DNA from: the human T2T-CHM13v2.0 reference genome, Homo sapiens
NCBI RefSeq assembly: GCF_009914755.1
Contig: NC_060948.1
Strand: one strand, 5' to 3'
Length of the DNA stretch: 64,000 bases
The number at the start of each line of letters is the position of its first letter. The stretch's first letter is position 1. Below are positions 52,701-64,000 of this stretch, in pieces. The notes below the pieces were generated by a model. It saw only the letters and a program-made list of their open reading frames with translations. It made no database searches and was not told the DNA's origin. The position numbers were made by a program, and so were the translations under genes.

Positions 52701-54443
52701 CTGGGTCCCTGTGGTCACTTAGATGGGAGAGATGAGACTCCGACCTCATGTCATAAACTTCGCTGACACTGGTTAGCATCTCTTCACTACATTGCACTGG
52801 GATTCAATCCCAATCTGCAGCAAGTTTCGCTTGGCCTGGAACAGGCTTTAGCTCAACTTTGCCTCAATGACATTATCAAGGAAAGAAACGTACAATTCAA
52901 GAGTCGATAGGGAAGGCAGCACTCCACTATATGAATGGCAGCATTTGTGTTCGAACACTATCTAATTATAGTAATTGTGCTGAATGCAGTTGCAATGTTA
53001 CCTTTGTAGAAAATATTACCACTCAATTTACATTTTGTGTTTTTAAACTTATGTTTTTCTAGCAGCAAAATGGACTAACTCCAGTTAAACGATGCCCAAT
53101 TGACTTGTGATTCTTGTCAACTGTATTATTCCCTTAACCATAGCACAGTACAAACATATAGCATATCCACCCTAGTAATTTTAGGTTGCAATCCCAGATT
53201 ATGGATTCCTGTAAATCTGCCTGAGCCTTGGGTGGCCACTTCTGGTTTCCATTTTGTAAATCTTTTTCTTACTCAGCTTACTCATTGTGCTTGTAGAGCC
53301 TTAGGCATGAAAATAATTGTGAAAGTCTCCTTAGGAACACTAATAATTTCTGTTGTGGCATCCTTAGTAGCAATGTAGAGCTCCATTCAGACAGCTCAAT
53401 ATGTAGAAAATTGGATGTGTACAGCCGACCGGGCATGGATGCTTAAAAATAAACTTAACACTGAGATACACACAGAAGCAACAATGTTAAAGACTACAGT
53501 TCTGAGGATAGGAAAAGAAGAACAAACTTGTAGTTGCAGCAGCAATTGCATTGTCATTTTAAGCATACTCATATTTGTGTAACTAATTTGGAATAAAACC
53601 AAAGTGAATATCCATAGAAACCTGTAAAGGTCCATTTACATGGGGCTTTCACATACAATGTTACTTTTGATATTAATGATTAACAAAGTAAAATTCTTTT
53701 TTTTTCTTTTTTTTATTATACATTAAGTTTTAGGGTACATGTGCAATTCTTAACTTGAATAAGCATACTCAAGTATTTCAGCCATCTCTGAAAACTTGCA
53801 CAGAATTCCAGCAAGGTGTAGAGAGCCTTAACCCTTGGACCTCCTCCAAACATCACCTCAATATCTTTTTTGTGATTATTGGAGTAATGTTATTATGTCT
53901 CTGTTTTATGCTCATTGTCAGTAAAAGCAGCTGGACCACCAAACAGCAATTGAGAGCTGCACAGCCTGCAATCACCTGTACTCAGTTAATGCAGAAACAA
54001 AATGGAGATGTTGGAGGCCAAAAGAATAAAGGTTGTGACCAACTCAGTAAAGACTGGAGGGTCTATGAGCAGAGAGCAAACTGTTCTCACGAAAGCAGCA
54101 TTTTGATAACCTGACACACCACGTCTGGTGCCAGAAGGAATACTGAGGGCAGTCATGCCCCAAGCGCAGTATTTCTTGTGGTTATATATAGGAACATCTG
54201 AAGTCTGTAGTACAAAGAAAGCAATTATGTGAGCCTGTGATAAATCAAGCAGCTGACCAACAATTGCCTTTCCTCCCTGTTGATTCTGCCTAATAAATAT
54301 GAAGGCCTGTAGAAGCTCAGGGCCTTTGCTGACTAGAAGAAATGAGCCCCCTGACCCCTCTTTTAAAACAAATATTTTTTGTCTTTGTCTTCATTTCTGT
54401 ATTCAACCCCCTTTGTTTCATCCCATAGTAACTGACTGCCACA
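49740..54443 (+). mobile_element. 5'-truncated betaretrovirus-like provirus, HERV-K(HML-5)/HERVK22: pol, env, 3' LTR22
   Basis: RT remnants DLRAINAQIKPIGALQQGLP, HYMDE and DFQQLLGDINWL; integrase KTDNG; env KTYWAYISNPP and LWIPVNL. LTR 54009-54443 starts TGTTGGAGGCCAAAAGAAT, which is LTR22-like. All frames are broken. Confidence 0.85.
53699..53744 (-). mobile_element. Ultra-short L1PA 3'-end insertion with 7-bp TSD
   Basis: T-tail plus ATTATACATTAAGTTTTAGGGTACATGTGC (compare 681-710), flanked by AATTCTT at 53692 and 53745. Confidence 0.88.
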
Positions 54444-54444
54444 C

Positions 54445-54662
54445 TCTCTCTATTAAAAATACAAAAAAATAAATAAATAAAGTTATGCTTGTTGGCAGGC
54501 ACATGCAATCCAAGCTACTCAGGAAACTGAGGCAGAAGAATCCCTTCAACCTAGTAGACAAAGGTTGCAGTGGGCTGAAATCACGGCTTTGCACCCAGAC
54601 TGGGTGACAGTGTGTGACTCCATCTCAAAAAAGGCAAAAAAACAAAAAGAAGAAAAAAAAAT
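54445..54662 (+). mobile_element. Partial Alu (linker plus right arm)
   Basis: TCTCTATTAAAAATACAAAA linker, right monomer and A tail. Confidence 0.85.
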
Positions 54663-55195
54663 ATGTTCAGGTTAAGATAATCAAAAAAACAAGGTGCAGG
54701 CTGAGAAAAATTTAGGTAACACATCTGAGAAGTGACTTTCAGTTAAAATGTACAAAGAAATAAGATGACCAAATTAATGATAGAGACCTCAGTAGATACT
54801 GCACCAAAAAAGATACGAAGATGGAAAATCTGGCACACAAAATACTGCTTGCTGAGCCCCTGTTATTTCTTCTGAAGGCTGAGGCTCCAAGCCATTTCCT
54901 GAGGAGCAACAGTGGCTGCCACAGTGACAGTGGCTCCAAAGATCATCCCCACCTACCCCAGCTCTACCCTTCCTCCAGGTTCCAAGGATTCCCCAGACAT
55001 TGAGCGTGCTCACCGGGAAAGAGCCAGAAGCTGGATATTTTATTTCTCAACTTTTCTTAAAATTCTGGATACCAACAAGTATCCTTTGTTTGGAAATTTT
55101 ACTTTTATCCTAACAATCTTGAGGCACTGACAAGTATTAGGAAAGATGGCTTTCAACCTACGGTTGTCTTCATAAAGAAATAAAAGAATTGGCAT

Positions 55196-55504
55196 GGCCA
55201 GACATGGTGGTTCATACCTGTAATCCCAGCACTTTGAGAGGTAGAGCCAGGTGGATGTCCTTAAGTCAGGTGTTAGAGATCACCCTGATCAACATGATGA
55301 ACAAGCTCTCTACCAAAAATACAAAAGTTAGCCGGCAGTGGTGGCTGAGTCCTGTAATCCCAGATCCTCAGGAAGCTAAGAGAGGAGAATTGCATGAATC
55401 CGGGAAGCTGAGGTTACCAGAGGCGAGATCACGTCATTGCACTCCAGCTATGGGAACAGAGGAAGACTCCATCTTGAAAAAAAAAAAAAGGAAAAGAAAA
55501 AAAA
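55196..55504 (+). mobile_element. Alu
   Basis: GGCCAGACATGGTGGTTCATACCTGTAATCCCAGC start and A tail. Confidence 0.92.
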
Positions 55505-56279
55505 TGATTCCATTACCCTTTTAGGCAGTTATTTTAGAATGCTTGGTACAATGCACTACTATTTTGGTATTCTCAAGACAGAAAACACAGTAACAGTAGT
55601 AAGTAAAAACCAAATAGCAAGTCATTAAAAATTCATGGGATTAATTTCCTCTGTCATTCTTTCTGGCTTTTATTATTTAAAATGTGTAATGTTGAAGTAA
55701 TCAGACGTTTTACCTGTGATATCCAAACGCAAAAAGAAACAACAGTTAGTAAAACACTATTAAATGAATCTCAGTCTTCAACTTTGATTCTGATGCAGTG
55801 GAATGTTTTGTGAAAGATAAAAAACTAACAGACAAAACACAAGTGATTTCAAATTTTGACCTACTTTTGTAGGGGCAGATTTAAGAACCAAAACCTTCAT
55901 AGTTCTAATTTTTTTTATTTTTGTCAATGATTCAGCATTGCAAGATATGTAGTGAAACTGAGATCAGAGCTTTTTGTCAATTCCAACAGAGACTAGTTTG
56001 TACTCTAGACATTCCTCTTGCTCCCTTGAAATCCGTAAAGAAATCACTTGAGTGAATGGGACTTTTACACAATGAAAAATCACGACAATACACCACATTC
56101 TCTTATTAGCTACAGTTCACTCTTTTCTTGTAGTCACCATAAGATAAGAAAAAATAGCAAGATAAACGACTACGTGGACTAGAATAATTTTATTAGTTTT
56201 TACCAGGTAAAGCATAGAGTACTTTTTTTAAAAATTGGTTTTCTGTGGCACAACGCATGTATGCTTTTTGGCAGCAATC

Positions 56280-58600
56280 ATAGATTAATGAACAAATGAT
56301 AACAAAACAATGCTCAACAACACCTTCCATTCAGGGAAGGCAAATTAAAATAAAAGTGAGAGCACTAAACAGCTATACTATATCTAAATTTCTTTTTAAA
56401 TGTAATCAGAACTGCAACAGGAAATCTCATTCATTGCCGATGGAATGCATAATGGTACAGCAACTTTAAAATATGGTTGTCTTCTTCTGCCACAGTTTGG
56501 CAGGTTTTTCCAAAGGCAATCATGGTCTCATCATATAGGCTAACAATTGCACACTTAGGTATTTAGACAACTGATTTGGAAAGTCACATCTAACCCAAAA
56601 TCACGTGCATTTATGTATAACTGCTCTCTTGACAATGGCAAAATACTTGAAGGAATCAGGATGCCTTTCAATATTAACCAAGCCAGGCAAATTCATAAAA
56701 TGAAATCCTATTCATCAAAAGAAAAAGAGTGATTTATGAAGTCACACAAAGCCATGGATGAATCAGGCACACATGAAGCTAAGTGATAAAAGCCAGTCTG
56801 AGGAGATGACATATTGTATGATTTTGTTTCTATTACATTACAGAGAAGAAATGTTTACAGAGATGGTAAGCAGACAAGGTAATTTACAGTTGTTTTTAGT
56901 GGGCAGGTAGTGAGTTGAAAAGGAGAATGTAGTAATGGAAAGGAGCACAAATGAGCCAGATGAGAAGGGACTCACTCTGTTTGATGAGATCATGCTGGGG
57001 ATGTGGAAGAGTCAGGAGTGTGTATACCAGCATGAATAAATAAATAGGCTTCTACTCATGATAGGAGAAGAGCATCTTCTTTCATGACACATGCAACTAT
57101 TTTAGGATGATATCTGAGGAAGCTTTAGTGATAATTGGAAAAACATATGTAAACAAATGTACCATTTCAAATATTTTTGAGTGTATAATTTGGAAGCATT
57201 AACTATTTAACTATGCTCAAATTGTGCAACCATTGCCACCATTTCACCATCTCACCAGCAATGTACAAGGTTTCCAATTTCTCCACATACTCTCAAAGTT
57301 TTCCTTAAAAAATAAAATAAAAAATTCCAATGGAGATAAAGTGGTAATCTTATTCTCATTTAGATATTCATGTATTAAGTGGCTAGTGATTTTGAACATC
57401 TTTTCATGTGCTTATTGGCTGTGGATCTGTAAATGATTTCTTGGCTATATCACTGAATGAACACAAAACATAAGAAAATATAGATCAACTGAACTTCATC
57501 AAAGCTAAACACTTTTGTGCATTAAAGGACACTGTCAGCATAGTGGAAAGAGAACCAACAGCATAGGACAAAATATTTGCAGGTCATATATATGGTATGT
57601 GTTCAAATCAACCACTTGGATCTCTCCCAAGGGCACTCTCCATTTTCTTACTCTAAAACTTTTTAAATAAACATCCATGTCTGCTGGGAAACTTTTCTCA
57701 GTCTCCTTTGCTACTTTATTCCCCTCAGTCAAATTCTTTCTTCTGAGGAAGTAAGAGTTTAAGTTACTGCAGACCATGATAGATTTGACACCAGTAACTC
57801 AGATAACTTCCACTGGTAACAGGTCGAGGAGCTGCTGGACAGGGTGGCGGGAGTTCATGTCTAGTATGTGGCTGGCCAGGCCCCGGGAAGTTCTGGGCTG
57901 TGGATGGACCAGAACCCCATGCTACAAGCACTCTGTGGAAAGAGAGCTCACATTGCTGAGAGAATGCTGAGGAAGAAATTTTCTCTTTTTAGTGAGGCCA
58001 ATTTCCTTCTCATAATATAAAATTAACTGTTTGTTAATGAATTCCTTAGTGATCTTTAGTACATGCATATTTGTGGGCAACAACCGCATCTTAGTTCCAA
58101 ATTATTTTCATCATTCCAAAAGGAAATACCCTACTTATTAAGAAGCTCCTACCCAATCTGTCCTCTTTCTGACACCAGCAACAAGTGATCTGCACTTTTT
58201 TCTCTATGGATTTACTTATTCTAAATATTTACATAAATAAAATCATACACTATGTGACTTTTGTCTTCACCTTCTTGAGCCAAAATTGCTTTGAAGTTTC
58301 CTCACATTGTAGCATTAGAGTTGTCATCCTCTTCACAGCTGAATATTATGCCATTCTATGGGCATACTACATTTTGCTTCTTACATTTTGCTGGTGGACA
58401 TTTATTTGTTGTGTTTCCAGATTTTAGTTATTGTGAATGCTGCTATGAACATATGTATACAAGTTTTTCTTTGAATACCTCTTTTACATTTTTTGTATAT
58501 ACAGCTTGGAGTGGATGTTGTGGGTCCTATGGTAATTTTATATTTAGCTTTTGCAGAACACCAAACTATTTTCCACAGCAGCTGCAGCATTTTACTTTCA
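56280..58600. mobile_element. Old L1M 3' fragments in both orientations plus an ERV LTR fragment (~57600-57820)
   Basis: Motifs such as CTCATTCATTGC..ATGG, GCTAAGTGA.AAAAGCCAGTC and AACTATTTTCCACAGCAGCTGCA. The LTR-like segment has AATAAA and ends TGGTAACA. Confidence 0.55.
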
Positions 58601-58885
58601 CATTTTCCCACTTCCCTTCCTTTGGGCCTTCCAGAGACTACCTCAAAACACCTGCCATTCTCAAACACAAGCTACTGTGGATTTGGTTAGCTCTGGGTTG
58701 ACATTTAGAAAAGCTGTGGCCTCAGAAGCCAACTTCCTTTGGCTCCTAACCTATGAGGCTGCACAATGAGCATTAAGATGGCCCGGAGCTTAGACCCAGA
58801 AAAGTTCTGGGAGAAAGGCTCAGTCCTCCCTTCTACAAAAAAGAGTGATGACTTAATACACTAGCCAGCTGCCCAGTGCCTTCTG

Positions 58886-61800
58886 TAACCCTAAACTTAA
58901 TCATAACGTTAACCTTAACTCAGCCTCTACCCCGATCCTAAGCAGGAATCCCTAACACTAACAGCAACTCTAAGCCACAGACTTGACCCCAACATCAACC
59001 CTATGCCTAGCCACTCACCAAAACCTAAACCCTAAAACAAATCCCAACTCTAAATCCTAAATCTAACAGCTAAACCTGAATTTGACCCTGACCCTGAAAA
59101 TAACCCTAATCCAAGTGTAATGCAAACATTACAGAAACCTGAACTTAAGCTCTAAGCCTAAAACCTTAACCCTGAAACACTAACCGTAAGACAAAAACAC
59201 TAACAGTAAGCAAAAAAACCATCTCTAACCCTCAAAAGCTAATGTTAAGCCTAACACTAACAACAACCCCTAAATCTAACCCTAAATTCTAACTTCTAAA
59301 CCTGCTTTTTGAGCATGATCATAACATTCACAATAAGTCTAATACTAACCCCTGACCCGAATGCTAAAACTCTTATTACTACCTTAACCCTACACCTACA
59401 TGACAGTGAAACCTAGCTGTTACATAAAACCTAAACCCTAATCCTAACATTAATCTTTAGGTCAACCCTAACCCTATACCTAATCCTAACCCCTGACCCT
59501 AAGCCTGACTACTAACATTAACTCTAACCCTAATGTGTTACTGCAATCTGTATCCTAATGCTCATCCTAACACTAATTCTAACCAATAATTGTAACCTCA
59601 ACTGTAATCATATTAATAAACATAACCTGAACCCCTTAATCTAAATTTAAACACTCACCATAACTATAACCCTAAAGCTTAATCTACTCTTACCCTAACC
59701 CTAAAAATAACATTAAACAATAATTCTAATCTGAATCCTAATTCTAACACGGTGTCCTATCTGTAACACCAACAGACCCACAACCACTAAACTCCAACCC
59801 TAATACTAACCCCTAACACTAATTCTATATCCTAAAGCTAACTCTAACCCTGAATTTTAACCTGTAACGCTGTAACCTAAACGCTGTATGCTAAACACTA
59901 AACGCATACCCTGTAACACTAAACATAAAAGTTACTCTATCTGATAACCTAAATGTAATTCTTCCCCTAAATACTAACCCTAACACTTAGTCCAAAATCT
60001 AACCTTGAAAACATAACCCAAAGCAAACCCCTTATTTTTAAATGTAATCCTAATGTTAACAATAAAACACTGAAAAACTACACCTAACCACAAACTCAAC
60101 ACATAACCCTAACAATAACACTAATCCTAACTGTAAAAGCATGAAACCTGAACTTTAACATTAAAACCAACCTAACTCTAAACCCATTAATAAAAATAAG
60201 CCTAAATCATTACTCTAAACCTAAAGCCTAAAACCTAACTATAATCTTAATCCTAAACCATAAACTCTAACTGTAACCTGTAACTGTATCCATAAACCAA
60301 AACCCTAACCCTAAATGCTAAACTAAACCTTAGTCCCTAACTGTAACCCTAACTAAAATGCTAATACCCAACACTAATCCTAAACCCTAACACTAACTGA
60401 AAACTCTATTCCTAATCCCTACCCCAAATCCTAACCGGAACTTCAACACTAACACCAACCCCAAATGTACGCCCTAACAGTAAGCCTAACACTAAGCCTA
60501 ACCTTACCACAAATCCTAACCCTTTTACCCTCAACTTAACCCTACCCCTACATGAACACCAACCCCAAACATAAACATAAACCCTACTTTACACTAAACA
60601 GAGAATCCTAAGCCCAAATCCTAAACCTAATTATAACACTAACCCTAAACAATGCCCTAACCTTTAGCAAAACCCTAAACCCTAACTCTAACACTAACAC
60701 CTCATCAAAAGCCCTACTCTAAGCCTAACACTAACCCTCAGCCTAATCTTTAGCCAAACGCTTTGACCATCATCCTAACCCTAACTCAACCACAACCAGG
60801 CACCCAATGTTAAACCACAAACTAACACTAAACCCTAATCCTAAATTTTAACAATAAACCAAACATTTTAATTATAACTCTAACACTAAGCATAACACTT
60901 GCCCTAATTTTAACCCTCATCCTGAATCCTAAACCTAACCCTCACCCAAACTCTAATCGGAACCCTTACACTACCACATAAAGCTAACCCTAATTCTAAC
61001 TATAAATCCCCAAATCCCAAAAACACTGAAGGTAGCTTTAACTGCATCCCATAACTCTAAAACTCACACTAACACTAACCCTAATACCTTTATCCTAAGA
61101 GTAAAACTAACATAATTCTAACATAATCTTAACCTTAGCACCAAACCTAAAAATAACTCTTATCCTAAACACTGAACCTAATCATAACCTGAACCCTAAA
61201 TGAGAAAACCTAACCCTTAACACTAACCCTAGTCCTAAAGCAAAATCTGTAACCCTAATTAAAACTAAACCCTTAACCTAAACCTAATCTTAGCCCCTAA
61301 CTCTACAAAAACCTTAATACTAACACTAACAATAAATGCTAACCCCTAACCTTAACACTAAACAAAACCCTAACACTAAACCCTAACCCTAACCCTAAAC
61401 TCTAAACTGAACCCTAACTGTTACCCTAATTGTGACCACTAACCTCAACCTCAACACAAACTCAGCCTTAACAGTCATGCTAAACTTAAATCAAAAACCC
61501 CAACCATATGCCCAACACTATCACTAACATCTAACCATAAATGTTGATCACTATCATTAACAATATCCCTAAACCCTAACCCAGAACCCTGAACTCTAAC
61601 CCTACATGTAACCCTAAGCCCTATCCTAATGCTAAACACTAACCCAAATACTGAAATACTCTAACACTTACCCTCACACTAAACCTCAATACTAACACTA
61701 ACCCCGGCCAGGACCCTGATTCCTAACCTCTAACTGGAAGCCTGTCTTTTTACCCTAAACCTAAGCATAACCCAACCCCAAACCTAACCTCTAACCCTGA

Positions 61801-62050
61801 TTCTGACCCCTAGCCCTAAACTCAACCCTAACCCATAAACCTAATCTTAACCCTAACTGGAACCCTAATCCTACCACAACACTAAATCTTATTTCAAGCC
61901 CAGCCCTAACCCTCAATCTAATCCTGAACTTTTTCTGCAATTGTAAACCCTATCCCAATCCTCCGTTTCTATTCTATCCTTAAGGTTACACCATTATGCT
62001 TAAAAAACTTTAAATACATCCTGTATGACTCTAACCTCTAGCCCCTTATA
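58886..62050. repeat. Degenerate interstitial telomere-like (CCCTAA)n array, ~3.1 kb
   Basis: Dense CCCTAA, ACCTAA, CACTAA, TCCTAA and CTCTAA variants, nearly G-free on the + strand. Best run is CCCTAACCCTAACCCTAA at 61381. Confidence 0.9.
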
Positions 62051-62647
62051 CCCATAAGAGTACAAGAAGTCATATCTCTTTTTAAGCCCAAATTAGTGTT
62101 GAATTAAACAAATGGTATCACTGGGACAAAAAACTAAATGTTACTATATCTGCTAACTATAGACATTATAATCTTTAACCAAATAAGTGAAGACATTATA
62201 AACCACGATGTTTAAGATCTTTTCTCAGAAAATCAAGTTTTGTTTTTTTTTTACCATTCTAACGTCATCCCTTTTCAACATATTATGTAAATCAAATGTT
62301 GAAATACACCACGTTTGTCTCAACTTTTATAAAAAGTACTTAAAGACAGTCAACACATTTAATAATTAAAAATCCAATAAACTGTATTTCAATTTTTTCC
62401 CATGATAAAACATCTTTATGCAAAACCGATAATAATCATCATCTAAATTGTTGGGAATGAAAGCTTTAAGATGAGGAACACAGCATTGATGCTCAACTGT
62501 ATTAAACCCTGTACTAGAAGTTCCAGAAGAACAATTACATATATATATGCAAACACACACAAAGCTATTCATATGTGGAAGAGAAAAGTAAAACTATTCA
62601 CAGATCTCATACACAGAAAACCATAAGGAACCATCTAGAAATTATGA

Positions 62648-63035
<388 letters not shown>

Positions 63036-63239
63036 CACAAAATCTATTTCTATTCACTAGTAATAAACCCTATAAAAATGAAATTAAGATGACAACTTTA
63101 TTTCTAAAAAAAAAAGAAGAAGCAGCTGGAATATTTCCCACTGCCCTGAAAGACACAGATATCAGGCAGCCGAGGTCTGGGACAGCCTTTGAGTTGAGGC
63201 TGTGCTACTATATTGGGACCTGGCTGGAATCACTGTGGG

Positions 63240-63990
63240 GCTAACCAGAAACTGTTCAAGTTCCTGAGAAATCAACGTCGAATTCCTTTAAAATATAATG
63301 GATGAAGAAAAGAAAATCTCTAGCGGTTTTGAAAACCCTAATGCCATGATGTCAAATAATGTCTTTTGAGTCATAAATTTTTAGAAAAAATCCTGCACAA
63401 ACATCAGCAATAATGAAACAGTAGTTGAGTGGCCCAGGCCATTTTGCTGAGAAGAAAACCATTGAGGTCAATTTGAGAGACATCCCTTCATGAGCACTGT
63501 CAAGAGCATGCACATATTTTACCTACACATTTTACTATACCTACAGCTCCACAGGGATTTTTAAATTCTGATTTCACATAAAACTGCACTAGAATTTCTG
63601 ACGGCTGTAAACTTTCTAGATTGTATGTAAATACAATTGATTGTGTATCAATACAATAGATTGATATAATAAAATAAATTATAATCACCTGGTAACTCTT
63701 TTCAGTGTTTAAGACTTGTAGTTGAGTTTGTATTTTTTCACAGACAGTACATTCCCTGTATGCAATGTAACTATAAAATTAATTGCTATGAAGGTTGTCT
63801 TCAGTTTTTCATAACAGAGTTGAAATTTGTTTGCAATGTCAACAAATTAAGGACATTTTCATAACTGAGAAATAAACAAATATGGCAATTCATAGGTGGT
63901 TTTGCTTTATCCTATGGATATGACTTTTAAAATGAACAATGATGATCTAGAAAATGCTGGAAACTAGAACTAATAAACATGTTTTTCAGT
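63240..63990 (+). pseudogene. ELOCP: Elongin C (ELOC/TCEB1) processed pseudogene; CDS remnant 63298-63630
   Basis: Translates piecewise as MDEEKKISSGFENPNAM ... [33 protein letters not shown] ... TALEFLTAVNFLDC. ELOC as recalled reads MDGEEKTYGGCEGPDAM ... [34 protein letters not shown] ... ALELLMAANFLDC. Intronless, with stops and indels and UTR-like flanks. Confidence 0.9.
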
Positions 63991-64000
63991 TAAACAATTG

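Noticed and set aside
51999-54114. Co-opted (syncytin-like) env gene
   Set aside because: env is broken into short fragments by stops, frameshifts and an L1 insertion.
58886-62050. True chromosome end or CRISPR-like array
   Set aside because: The repeats are degenerate, flanked by ordinary DNA on both sides, and have no repeat-spacer structure. The sequence is eukaryotic.

Overview
Primate (almost certainly human) Y-chromosome ampliconic DNA containing the CDY1/CDY1B testis retrogene. CDY1 is the only intact protein-coding gene I can support. Its unspliced ORF is 540 aa (22836-24458), and a spliced 554-aa form uses a 420-bp GT-AG intron. About 2 kb upstream is an Alu-disrupted, 3'-truncated CDY pseudogene that shares CDY1's upstream flank. 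The rest is mostly repeat: two head-to-tail decayed L1PA elements (0.7-11.8 kb), old L1M fragments, a ~23-kb class I ERV mosaic with three levels of nesting, a MER11 solo LTR, a partial HML-5 provirus, seven Alus, a ~61-unit TTC tract inside an old inverted repeat, a ~3-kb degenerate CCCTAA array and an ELOC processed pseudogene missing from the ORF track. I found no convincing new biological system. The best leads are structural: the CDY1 cassette appears embedded in a repeated LTR|gag|LTR module, and the pseudogene seems to keep CDYL-like residues. Repeat family names and protein identities come from memory of consensus sequences, not database searches, and most repeat boundaries are approximate.
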